From the human T2T-CHM13v2.0 reference genome, Homo sapiens: a stretch of DNA of 64,000 bases. The stretch's first letter is position 1. Each line of letters opens with the position of its first letter. The translations under genes were made by a program, and so were the position numbers. Where the stretch lies: assembly GCF_009914755.1 (NCBI RefSeq), contig NC_060932.1; one strand, given 5' to 3'. The notes under the pieces were generated by a model, which saw only the letters and a list, made by a program, of their open reading frames with translations, had not been told where the DNA came from and did not search any database. Positions 30,563 through 42,772 of this stretch are shown one piece after another.

Positions 30563-30674
30563 GGTCCCATCACTGAGTACTGACCTTTCCTTGCAGCCAT
30601 TCGCTGAAGGACGTGTTGCGGGTCCCATCACCGAGTTCTGAGCTTTCCTTGCAGCCATTCTCTGAACGACGTGT
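30563..30674. repeat. 58-bp tandem duplication (2 copies)
   Basis: ggtcccatcac.gagt.ctga.ctttccttgcagccattc.ctgaa.gacgtgt at 30563 and 30621. Confidence 0.93.
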
Positions 30675-30892
30675 CTGTTTTGTAGGCCGTGCAGATCCCT
30701 GGCTTTCAGGCTCAGCTACTGCATTTGTGAGGTTTCCAGTTAGGTACAAAAACACATCTTAAAAGTCCCATCTCCCAGGTCAACAGGTCATCCTTGCGGT
30801 GTAGTTTAGAAAAATCATCCATCTTTTACAAAATGGAGCCAGGCTCCCCTGTTTCTTGTCTCTACAATAAGCATTTAAAAGGCTTGTCACAG

Positions 30893-31215
<323 letters not shown>

Positions 31216-33100
31216 ATGGTTTGTCATGGAATGCACGATGCTGGCCATTTGCTTCTTTCTGCCCGATCTGGGGTGGAACCTGAGTCTCATCAGAGTTGGG
31301 TGTGGTGGCCTGGGACAGCCTGGGCCACCTCTGGCCCTCCTGCCACAGGCCCACCTCCACATGCTGGGTGACCCCTCCCTGCTGGTTTCCTTCACGCCCT
31401 CAGCTCAGCTTGGCCTCCACCTTGACCTTTATTGAGGGTCCCTCTGCTGCCCATCTGCCTCCTGAGCCCGGGTCCTGTCTTTGTCCCGCTTTGCCCCTGT
31501 ATCTAGGAGGGTCCAACACACTCAGTAACAATTAGCGAGGGGCACCTGTATCCTGCAGCGTTCCAGAGGACGCTGGCTTGAGCATAAGGGTCTCTCCGGG
31601 CACCTAGGTGTCCCATGTTCCAGAACTTGGCAAGCAGGAAGGACCCACGCGCCCCAGCCCCCCCTCCCCCGCGCCCACCACCCTCACGGTATCCCCACCA
31701 GTTCAGGAAGGCTGGCGTTGTGGCTTATGGGGTGCTTTCAACTCCAGAAAACAAATAGTTCTAACAAGCTTCTCAGAAAACTTCTCTGTATTTGTAGTTT
31801 TAGGGGCAAAAGAGGGAGAAAGGAGATTGCTGTGGTTGGTTCCTATCCTTAGCGATACCAGTGCTCAGCAGAATGAAAGAACTGGCCAGCCTGGCTGTGC
31901 TCCACTCTAATGCACGTTTGCAATTTGAAAGGAGGGCTTTTGTTTTAAGTGGCTCATGGTATAGATCTGGGGCCGTGAATGGATAGGAGAGTTGGGGTGT
32001 GGCCACACCTCACTTCCAATCCCGTAGTGGAACAGCAGGTCCGGGAGGAGCTTCTCATCCCCTTTTAAGCCACTCTGGACACAGACGCACAACCCTGCAC
32101 AATCCTTCCGCAGCCCCTCGAGTTTCTGGTCTGGATCTCTCCTGCACTGACACCCAGCCACCAGCTGCCCCATCCGTCCAGTGTGAGTCCTAAAACGCCT
32201 CCTTGAGACAAAGCGGTGACCTCCGCTTCCAGGAGCCACGTGTGCCTGCCCCCCACACTCTGTGTTCCCTGTCCTGTGGCCCAGGCCACACCATTTCCTG
32301 ACTGCAAAGCCTGTGTTGTGAGGGGCTCCTCCACAACTGCCCTGCCTCTGGGCCACCGCTTCCCCCCGGCCCCGACTGCCACAGAATCCTCTCCCACCTT
32401 GAGTACCGTCACACAGGGCTTGGCAGGATCTCGCTGGTGCTCACCGAGCCCGTTCGTGTAATCAGGGACCGTCTGCAGGAGTGCAGGAGCTGGGCCTGTG
32501 CCTTCGAGCCTCTCACTGTCTCCCCGGCTGGACTCCTCCATCACCCCCCAGTTGTCCTGGGACTCGGTGTGTCATCGCTGGGAGCAGCTTGGTGCCGGGC
32601 AGGCAGGGAGATCGCTGGGCTGTGTCACATCTCAGTGACATCATCTTAGGACCCAACACATTCTTATCCCCATGACGGAAATTCCAGCAATGTTTGTTGA
32701 AATGCTGATGGATGTTGAAGGGTGTCTGGTTTTGGGTTGTTGGCCAGCCTTGTGTCTGGTAAATCTTTCTGCGTCTTCAATCCTTCACGCCTCCGTTTGT
32801 GGTGAGATTCAAGACAGTGTTCCGAAAAGCACATTGGAAATCATAACTCATGTGAACATGGAACACTGGGTGGGTGCATGCGCTGTTTTATCCAGGTTTA
32901 CCAGGGGAGAATGACATGGCCTACATGTAACTCAAGATGGTCGTGGATGCAGAGACCTCATGGTGACTGGGTGCAGAAACCTTGTGACCTGTGACTGGGT
33001 CCTTGGATTCTGTGATCTAAGACCCTGAGGAACCATCTGCATTTATGCCATGACGGCCACCGAGTGGTCACCTTGTTCTGGGCACAGTGCCCTCAACTTG

Positions 33101-33377
33101 GCAGCTGAGGCTCTGCTTCTGCAGGAGTGCAGGTAGATGGGGTCCGGCTCTGTCCTCTCCCTCCCAGGGCAGATGAGGCTCTGCTCCTGTGGGTGTGCAG
33201 GTGGGCGGAGTCCTGCTCTGTCCTCTCCCACCCAGGACAGCTGAGGGTCTGCTCCTGCAGGAGTGCAGGTGGACGGGGTTTGGCTCTGACCTCTTCCTCC
33301 CAGGGCAGCTAAGGGGTCTGCTCCTGTGGGTGTGCAGCTGGGCGGAGTCCGGCTCTGTTCTTTCCCTCCTAGGGCAG
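33101..33377. repeat. 68-bp minisatellite, 4 copies in ABAB order
   Basis: Units start at 33101, 33169, 33237 and 33305. Confidence 0.93.
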
Positions 33378-33791
33378 TGGATGCCCCAGGCTTGTCTGTT
33401 CCCGCTGAGTCTGTGTCTCCTGCCTCAGACTTGGTGGTCCACATGCAGTACTGCTCTGTGAATGATCCTGGAAGGGCTGACCCAACCCAAAGTACAGCAG
33501 GACTAGGAGCTGTTGGAGCTCAGGCCGGTGAACTGCAATTTAAGTTATCCCTTGTCTGTCTTGGTGTTAAGGAGTGGAATGGAATCAAGTTTGTCCTTAA
33601 GAAAATAAAGTGGGCAGCTGAACTCTAAACCTAACTCTGACTTGGTTTCAGTGGCTCAGAGGAAAAACCACAACAAACAAACAGGAAAGGAAAGACTTCC
33701 CACCCAAGCTAAATTGTTGTAGGGACACCAGGGTGGATTTGAGCAGCATCGCGAAGATCTCTTCAGCTGAGATGTACATCCCGGGAGGCAG

Positions 33792-34100
33792 CAGCCATGC
33801 ACCCAGCATTTCTCAAGCTCAGCACAGCGGGATGGGGGCTGGGAGATGCTTGTGGGGTCGGTCTTATGGAATGGGGGATGTTGAGCACAGCCATGCACCC
33901 AGCGTTTCTCAAGCTCAGCACGGGGGTGGGGGCTGGGAGACGCTTGTGGGGTACGTCTTATGCACTGGGGGATGTTGAGCAGCATTTCTGGGCTCCACCT
34001 ACTACCTGCCAGAAGCACCCCCATTTAGTGACAACCAAACATATCTCCAGATGTCACCAAATGTCCCCTGGGGGCAGAATTACCTGGTTGGGAACTGCTG
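33792..34100. mobile_element. MER20 (hAT-Charlie) with one end tandemly duplicated
   Basis: Element at 33900-34100: cagcgtttctcaa...gtgacaaccaaa.at.tctccaga...caaatgtcccctggggg...ggttgggaactgctg. Duplication of about 96 bp starts at 33792 and 33888. Confidence 0.85.
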
Positions 34101-34469
34101 GTGTCATCCAAAGAGCGTGAGCTTTAGAACAAGACAGACGCGTGGAACCTTCTCACAAGCTGTGCAGCCGGGGGGCTCACAATAGGGGCTTTCCATGGAA
34201 ATAAATGGCTATAACTGTGCCTGCCTGACCTCCCTCAGGGTCCCGGAAAGAGCCCCTGGTGAGATGGACGTGCCGATGGCCACGGGTGTCCTCTCAACAA
34301 GGAGATGGTGGCTGAGGGGTGAGGACACAGGATGGGGCAGAGGGCAGGGGTGAGCAGCGGGGACAGGTCTCGGCCGATTCTGAGAGAACTCAGGTGCTGT
34401 GTGAACTCAGGGGTCTCCGCACCGAGGCAAGGAGTGGCCGTCCTGCCTTCATGCCGCCAGCCTGGGTGG

Positions 34470-34846
34470 TGCGTGAGTCAGCTCGGGTGCCATGACGGGC
34501 ATACACACCCGGGGGGCGTGTAAAGGCACATTCATTCCGCAGGGTCCTGGTGGCTGGTGCCCAAGACCGTGGAGTCCCAAGGCCAGCTCCTGCTGAGCCT
34601 CTCCTGGGCACGCAGACGCCGTCCTCTCCCCATGTCCTCATAGGGTTGCCCCCTCTCTGTCTGTCTGTGACCTCATCTCCCCTTCTTAGGAGGATACCAG
34701 GCAGACAGGATCAGTGCCCACCCTGGTGACCTCATTTTACCTTCTTCACCTCTGTAAACGTCCCATCTCCAAATAATCACATTCTGAGGTCCCAAGGGTT
34801 AGGGTTCAACATAGGAATTTGGAGGAACACAATTCAGGCCATAACT
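34470..34846 (-). mobile_element. MLT1B-like MaLR solo LTR
   Basis: gcccaccctggtgacctcattttac...ccatctccaaata..cacattctgaggt...ggttaggg.ttcaacata.gaatttg...acacaattcag.ccataac. Confidence 0.82.
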
Positions 34847-35362
34847 TGTGTGTCCTTCCCAAGGAGGGGCGTGGGGAAGGCAGCTTTCTCCCGCTGAATG
34901 GCTGAGGGCATGCCCTGGAGAGACTCAGCCATTGGCTGGCACCTCCTGGCAGGTTGGAGCAGGCACCTTGGTCCTCGAGGGGTGAGTGTGGCATCCACGC
35001 ATCCTGGGGGCTCCCATGTGGGTGGGGTTATGCCAGGCATGCAGCGCCTCTGTTGGTGGCCTCCTGGTGTCCATGAGCCCGTGGCTCCCATTCCAAGCAT
35101 GAGGGCGATAGGAGCTGGACGGGGCCAAAGGGCCCAGTCACGTGTGCCCAGTCGCAGGCGGCTTAGATGGGGGTTTTGTACACTCAGCTGTAGTGTGGCC
35201 CACAGGTTTGGAGATGGCCATAGGAAAGACAGTTCACAACTCACAGCCCCAGAAGAGAGTGAGGCCACACCCCAGGCCTGGGGGACACACCTATGGGTCA
35301 GGAGGCAGGAGAAGAGGGAAGCGTGGGCAGGAGCCTTTGCCACAGTCTCTGGGAAGGAGGGA

Positions 35363-35773
35363 GACACATACAAACATGCACACACATACACACATAGGCA
35401 TGCATGCACACCCATATACCTGCACACATACACATATATGCACATTACACATACACACACATACACACATAGGCATGCATGCACACCCATATGCCTGCAC
35501 ACACACATACACATATGTGCACATTACACATACATAAACACACATATGCACATAGGCATGCATGCACACCCGTATACCTGCACACATACACGTATACACA
35601 CATTACACATACCCACACATACACACATAGGCATGCATGCACACCCATATAACTGCACACATACACATATACGCACATTACACATACACACATAAACACA
35701 CATACGCACATGGGCATGCATGCACACCCATATACCTGCACACACACATACGTACTTTACACACACACACACA
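35363..35773. repeat. CA/TA-rich compound minisatellite, 5 units with alternating 75/83-bp spacing
   Basis: Core ggcatgcatgcacaccc at 35397, 35472, 35555, 35630 and 35713. Confidence 0.92.
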
Positions 35774-37144
35774 CGGCTTAAGGGAATGCAGAAGACATTT
35801 CCCTGTGGGAACGCACAGCAATGGACGATAATGTTTTTCCTCGGTTCCAGTGCCTCCAAGAGAATATGATGATATAATCCTGGCCCCTTTCACCTGGGCT
35901 TTGCAGCTTGGAAGAAAGAAAAGATATTCCAGTTTGTGCAGTGTTGAACTATCCCTAAAGCAAGTAACAGGAGACGTCAAAATGTATGCTTATGTCACCC
36001 TTATGAAAATGCCTTTTTGTTAGAAATTATGAACATCACCCATCACTAGGTACAAGGAGGTAATTAGGGTAATTGATTGGCGTTAAATGCAGCAGGGACT
36101 GCAAACTGGATTTGCAGAGTCTGGTAGCCGTCGTGGAAAGAAATTTATTCATTCCTTCACTGAAGGCCATAAAGCCATTTTGGTTTCAGAGCGTGCACTT
36201 GGCCACCCTGGGCTGAGGGCTGCAGGGTTCGAATGCTGTAACATAACGGAGAGAGATTTGTTTGCTGAGGCAGGCTGGCATTTTAGTATTGCTCTTCTGT
36301 TCTTTTGATAGTCTCCAGACATATGCTTTGGAATGGGGATTTGGTACTTGAATTCATGCTTTGAAATTGACTCTGGTTGACATTCTTTCTCTATTGAAAT
36401 TTCTTCTGTCAAAGCCTGCGAAATTGGCTTCTTAAATCAGAAACAGAAACATACAAGCTGGTCTCATTTGTTAGTTAATTTGCAGGCTGCTGAAGAAAAA
36501 AATCTTTACTTTGTTTTTTATGGAAACATGTTTTTAATTCACAAAAAAAATCCCATAAATCTGCCAAAGTGAATCTCTTCTTTGATGGCAGAGGAGCTGC
36601 TCTTCCATCTGCCACCAGCCAGCCTCAGCCTCCCTTCCCGAACTGAGCTTTTCACACATTCCCAGGAGAGTGGCAGCGTGAGCTCCCCCGTGCCCAGGAA
36701 CTGGGTGGCCGGGCCTCCTTCTGCCCCATCGCCTCTGCCTGCACCTTCTGCTGGTCCAGCTCAGACAAAAGTAAACCCGGACCTCACCCCAGGACCTTTC
36801 CTGATCCTGGCCCCTCCCGTCAGCCGACAGTGACCTTCAACACGTGTCCCCTCCACACTGGCTTCTCCACCCTGATGATGCTACCACTCATTTCATGTCC
36901 ATCTCCTGTACCGAATTGTAATGTCATTGAGAACTGTGACTTTTCTTAAATTAAAAATAAGGGTGTTTATTACAAAAGTCATATAGGGTTCATGTAGACA
37001 ATTTAAAAATATAAAGAAAAGTCATTGAAAACCCTGTAATCTTCATCTCCTAGTGACGGTCCCTGTTTCACATCTTCTGGCTGCTTCTGCACATAACACA
37101 GTTACATCTTTAAAAGACATAAAAATGTCAAGTGCTTTAAAAAT

Positions 37145-37316
37145 TGCTTTTCCCCCTCATGAGCATCTTTTCATCACTAAATGCACATTCTGGAATAGTA
37201 TTTTGGGTAGCTGGGTAGTATCCATCCTGTGCTTTTCGCCCTCGTGAGCATCTTTTCATCGCTAAATACACATTCTGGAATAGTATTTTTGGTAGCTGGG
37301 TAGTATCCATCCTGTG
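37145..37316. repeat. 85-bp tandem duplication (2 copies), probably within an old L1ME remnant
   Basis: tgagcatcttttcatc.ctaaat.cacattctggaatagtatttt... at 37160 and 37245. Confidence 0.95.
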
Positions 37317-37828
37317 GTTTTAATAAATATTGTAAGCCATCCCCTATGATACAGTACTGTTGTCATTTCTCCTCTTTCCCTGATTACCAATTCCCCAGTC
37401 CCTGACCCTGGGCTGCATTGTCTTGGGGAAGCTTCATGGAAGGAAAGTTGCCCACTCTAAGGACATGACCAGTCCGAAGGCCTCCAGTCATCTCCAGAAA
37501 GACCAGGCGCTCCACTGCCCGCCACCTGGCCTGAAGACACGGAGATAAGAATTGTCAAGTCCCCAAAGTTGTGAATTCTTTATTCTTCCTTAGTCATCTT
37601 TTTCCAGTGCTCAAACTTCCTCACTGTCAGGAAATGTAAACCAAAATTCACACGGACAAAATGTGAACAAAACATTGGCAAATGTACACCTGTTTTCTTA
37701 ACTGCTGATTTCTTGCTGAGAGAACCTGCTGTGGCTGAGGCCCCAGGCCTGTCTCTTACCTGACCTACAGCTCTGCAGCTCTGCGGTGTCATCTGTGGGA
37801 CATTTACATTGACCATGTCATTAATACC

Positions 37829-38185
37829 CGATATGGTTTGTGTCCCCACCGAAATCTCGTTTTGCCTGGCAGCTCCCATAATCCTCATGTGTCATGAGAG
37901 GGACCCAGTAGGAGGTGACTGAATCATGGGGTGGGTCTTTCCTGTGCTGTTTTCATGATGGTGACTAAGTCTTATGAGATCTGATGGTTTTTTAAAAGGG
38001 AGTTCCCCTGCACACACTCTCTTGCCTGCCACCATGTAAGACATGACTTTGCTCCTCATTCGCCTTCTGCCATGACTGCGAGGCCTCCCCAGCCACGTGG
38101 AACTGAGTCAGTTAAACCTCTTTCCTTTATAAATTGCCCAGTCTGGGGTATGTCTTTATTAGCAGTGTGAGAAGAGATGCATACA
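37829..38185 (+). mobile_element. THE1C/D-type MaLR solo LTR, sense to DLGAP2
   Basis: Termini (c)gatatggtttg...gcataca and 5-bp TSD ATACC at 37824-37828 and 38186-38190. Confidence 0.92.
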
Positions 38186-38538
38186 ATACCTCCAATTCCC
38201 TTTCAGCGCGGTCTGTATTCCTCTTTGAACACGTGCAGACCTGGGCACAAGGCACCAGGTCATAAAGGCTTTAGAAGAACCCGGCTGGAGAGCACCACGG
38301 ACACCGCCTGTCCAGCTCACGGTCACAGTTCAGGATCCTTGTCCTGAGCCTTTGGGCCTCTTGGAATCTGGGTGGAGGGAGAATCTGGAACTTCCCATCC
38401 TGTCCAACCCTCTCCTCATCACAGCATCTGGATCTTCTAGTGTGCGTGGTGCTAGGGTGTCACTGTGAGCTGCCGTGTGCCTGGGCCACCTTGGGGGTGC
38501 TACAGCTGTGATCCACCTGCACCGTGACCCACAGGGGC

Positions 38539-40464
38539 CTGCGGGACTGTGGTGTTGGGTGTCCGTGCCTCGTTACTGGGGGACTGTGTGGTGTTGGGGT
38601 GTCCGCGCCTCGTTTCTGGGGGACTGTGTGGTGTTGGGGTGTCCGCGCCTCGTTACTGGGGGACTGTGTGGTGTTGGGGTGTCTGCGCCTCGTTACTGGG
38701 GGACTGTGTGGTGTTGGGTGTCCGCGCCTCGTTACTGGGGGACTGTGTGGTGTTGGGTGTCCGCGCCTCGTTACTGGGGGACTGTGTGGAGTTGGGGTGT
38801 CCGCGCCTCGTTGCTGCGGGACTGTGTGGTGTTGGGGTGTCCGCGCCTCGTTGCTGCGGGACTGTGTGGTGTTGGGGTGTCGGCGCCTCGTTACTGGGGG
38901 ACTGTGTGGTGTTGGGTGTCCGCGCCTCATTACTGGGGGACTGTGTGGTGTTGGGGTGTCCGCGCCTCGTTACTGGGGGACTGTGTGGTGTTGGGTGTCC
39001 GCGCCTCGTTACTGGGGGACTGTGTGGTGTTGGGGTGTCCGCGCCTCGTTACTGGGGGACTGTGTGGTGTTGGGGTGTCTGCACCTCGTTACTGGGGGAC
39101 TGTGTGGTGTTGGGGTGTCTGCGCCTCGTTACTGGGGGACTGTGTGGTGTTGGGTGTCGGCGCCTCGTTACTGGGGGACTGTGTGGTGTTGGGGTGTCCG
39201 CGCCTCGTTACTGGGGGACTGTGTGGTGTTGGGGTGTCCGCGCCTCGTTGCTGGGGGACTGTGTGGTGTTCGGGTGTCCGCGCCTCGTTACTGGGGGACT
39301 GTGTGGAGTTCGGGTGTCCGCGCCTCGTTGCTGCGGGACTGTGTGTTGTTGGGGTGTCGGCGCCTCGTTACTGGGGGACTGTGTGGTGTTGGGGTGTCCG
39401 CGCCTCGTTACTGGGGGACTGTGTGGTGTTGGGTGTCCGTGCCTCGTTGCTGGTGGACTGTGTGGTGTTGGGTGTCCGCGCCTCGTTGCTCGGGGACTGT
39501 GTGGTGTTGGGGTGTCCGCGCCTCGTTGCTGGGGGACTGTGTGGTGTTGGGGTGTCCGCGCCTCATTACTGGGGGGCTGTGTGGTGTTGGGGTGTCCGCG
39601 CCTCGTTACTGGGGGACTGTGTGGTGTTGGGGTGTCTGCGCCTCGTTACTGGGGGACTGTGTGGTGTTGGGTGTCCGCGCCTCGTTACTGGGGGGCTGTG
39701 TGGTGTTGGGGTGTCCGCGCCTCGTTACTGGGGGGCTGTGTGGTGTTGGGGTGTCCGCGCCTCGTTACTGGGGGACTGTGTGGTGTTGGGGTGTCCGTGC
39801 CTCGTTACTGCGGGGACTGTGCAGTGTCCGGGTGTCCGCGCCTCGTTACTGGGGGACTGTGTGGTGTTGGGGTGTCCGCGCCTCGTTGCTGGGGGGCTGT
39901 GTGGTTTTGGGGTGTCCGCGCCTCGTTACTGGGGGACTGTGTGGTGTTGGGTGTCCGCGCCTCGTTGCTGGGGGACTGTGTGGTGTTGGGGTGTCCGCGC
40001 CTCATTGCTGGGGGACTGTGTGGTGTTGGGGTGTCCGCGCCTCGTTACTGGGGGGCTGTGTGGTGTTGGGGTGTCTGCGCCTCGTTACTGGGGGACTGGT
40101 GTTGGAGTGTCTGCGCCTCGTTACTGGGGGACTGTGTGGTGTTGGGTGTCTGCGCCTCGTTGCTGGGGGACTGTGTGGTGTTGGGGTGTCCGTGCCTCGT
40201 TACTGGGGGGCTGTGTGGTTTTGGGGTGTCCGCGCCTCATTACTGGGGGGCTGTGTGGTGTTGGGGTGTCCGCGCCTCGTTACTGGGGGGCTGTGTGGTG
40301 TTGGGGTGTCCGCGCCTCGTTACTGGGGGACTGTGTGGTGTTGGGGTGTCCGCGCCTCGTTACTGGGGGACTGTGTGGTGTTGGGGTGTCCGTGCCTCGT
40401 TACTGCGGGGACCGTGCAGTGTCCGGGTGTCCGCGCCTCGTTGCTGCGGGACTGTGTGGTGTTG
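38539..40464. repeat. G/T- and CpG-rich VNTR, 39-40-bp unit, about 48 copies
   Basis: Unit ctgggggactgtgtggtgttggggtgtccgcgcctcgtta, highly homogeneous. Confidence 0.99.
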
Positions 40465-41324
40465 AGGACTCCTTGCCACACGGGGTCCATGGTAAGGGGA
40501 GCTCCTGCTCGTCCAGGCTGGAAGTCCAGGATATGTGAGTGACAGAAATGAGCATGCCTCTCCCTCTCCCTTGGCTCCTGTCCTGGGCTGCAATGTGGAA
40601 GATGTCAGATCTGCCGGAGCACTGGTGTGGCATGGCATTTAGGAATGAATACAGGGGCCTTCAGCCAGAAGACCTGCCTTCACCACCAGCCACGCAGATC
40701 CCTGCTGGTAGTGCTGTCGATCGGCTCACAGGCAATATGGACACTGGAAAGATGGCAGGTTCCTTTTCTGATGATATAAGTAGTATACCTCAGTAGCTAA
40801 GTATTTTACAGCAAGGAAAAAAAATACCCTGTCTGAAGACCTTTTAAATATGGAAATTTTTTATTTTCTTTCTCTGTAAACAGCATTTGGGGAGATTCTC
40901 TTCTCCTACATGAAAAACATGCTATGTTAGTTCCTTGACTACAGACTGTGGGTGATGAGCTAGTTGCTGTGGAAAGCTTTGGAGTTCTCTACACTCAGCG
41001 ACTGCATGCTGTGTTCTTTTGCCTTTGTAAACGTGAGTTTGACCTATGGAGTGAACTTTACCCAGAGCCTCTGGGGAGCTGTTCAAAGCTAATGAACCGT
41101 GGGGAAAAGAAACCAGGTCCTGACCTGCAGGGAGCAGCTCCCGCAATGGAAACCATTGTGTTCCAGTTCCATGACTTTTTGCTCATGGCTATGTTGGGTT
41201 TCCAGTTTCACAGATGGTGGATGGAAACAGAATACTGGCCTGCACTGTCATCTTCATGGTTTACCCTCCCCTCAGAGAGACACGTAACGCAAACACACAG
41301 CAGGCAGCCTGTGGGGCCGTTATG

Positions 41325-42007
41325 GGTGATATATAAAATGCACGTGGGTTCAGTTCTCGAACAGTCAGATACACAGCACAGGGGGGTTATATGTATGGGC
41401 TCTCAGCTCTGTGCAAGGCAGATATATAGCAAGTACATGGGCCCAGTTCTGTGCCTGGCAGATATATAACAGGCATAGGTGCTCACCTCTGTGCCAGGCA
41501 GATGTATAACATGCACAGTTGCTCAGTTTGGTACCATGCGGATATATAATACGCACGGGTGCTGAGTTCTATACCACACAGATATATAACATTCATGGTT
41601 GCTCAAGTCTGCACCAGGCAGACACATAACATGCATAGTTGCTCAGCTCTGTACCAGGCAGACATATAACAAGCACAGGTGGTCAGCTCTGTACCACACA
41701 GATATATTGCATGCACAGGCAGGTGCTGAGTTCCATACCACACAGATATGTAACATTCATGGTTGCTCAGGTCTGCACCAGGCAGACATATAACATGCGT
41801 GGGTGCTGAGTTCCATACCACACAGATATATAGCATTCATGGTTGCTCAGGTCTGCACCAGGCAGACATATAACATGCATGGGTGCTCAGCTCTGTACGA
41901 GGCAGACGTATAACACGCACAGGTGATCAGCTCTGTACCACCCAGATATATAACATGAGCGGGTGCTGAGTTCTGTAACAGGCAGACATATTCCATGCAC
42001 AGGTGCT
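41325..42007. repeat. Diverged ~40-bp minisatellite, about 16 copies, with a partial 80-bp dimer structure
   Basis: Unit gctcagctctgtaccaggcagacatataacatgcacaggt and variants. Confidence 0.92.
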
Positions 42008-42560
42008 TGGTGATATGTCAGGTGGAATGTGATGTGGCTGGGCAAGATCCTTTTGCAACTCTGAGTACTGAGAATTTGCATGTATGATAGAACTTGGCTT
42101 CTAGATTTAAAACCGTCCTCTTTTATTTGCTTGCAATTAAGATATAAGTATACAATAAGATAGGCATTTTCTCCCTTGTTTTCTTTTTTTTTTTCCTTTT
42201 CTTCTCTGTTCAGTTTCTCAACTTTCAATTTCCTCTTATACCAGAGGGAAATAAAACTAAATTTTAGCCAGTGCTTTGTCCCAGCTGCTGAGATTGCAAG
42301 TGTCCCTTCTTCTCTTACTTTTCTCACATGTTCTCACTTTATCCATAGTGTTTACCTATCACTTATAATGAAGAAAAACCAACATTTTTATATTCATTTC
42401 CTTTTAGGATATGCATTTTTATACATCTGACTTTAACTGATAAATGACTGTAAAGAGGTGTATCTTTATGGAATTGTAGAGGATTTGTTTCCAAAAAGGA
42501 GCTGATGCTGCCGTTCTCAGTGACAAAGTTGATGCGTGTTTCATGTCTGTCTGCTCCCAG

Positions 42561-42772
42561 GTACCTCAGGATGAGTGGGGAGGGTACCCCACCGGTGGCA
42601 AAGATGAGGAGATTCCCTGCAGGAGAATGAGAAGTGGGAGTTACATTAAAGCCATGGGGGACGAGGAGAGCGGAGAGTCAGACTCCAGCCCCAAGACATC
42701 ACCAAAGTCGGCAATCCTACCAGAGCCGCTGCTGAAGTCCATCGGACAGAGACCGCTTGGAGAGCACCAGAC
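42561..42772 (+). CDS. DLGAP2: DLGAP2 coding exon, 212 nt, encoding the first PSD-95 guanylate-kinase-binding repeat
   Basis: Acceptor ctgctcccag| (phase 0, matching the upstream donor) and donor AC|gtaagt at 42773 (phase 2). Peptide VPQDEWGGYPTGGKDEEIPCRRMRSGSYIKAMGDEESGESD contains the SAPAP R-x-x-S-Y-x-x-A repeat. Confidence 0.97.

Noticed and set aside
36055-36130. Cluster of TAATTA/TAATTG homeodomain-like sites as an enhancer
   Set aside because: Short motifs alone are insufficient without conservation or chromatin data.
38475-40542. 638-687-aa ORFs as protein-coding genes
   Set aside because: They are translations of a stop-free 40-bp VNTR that cycle through the same three peptides.
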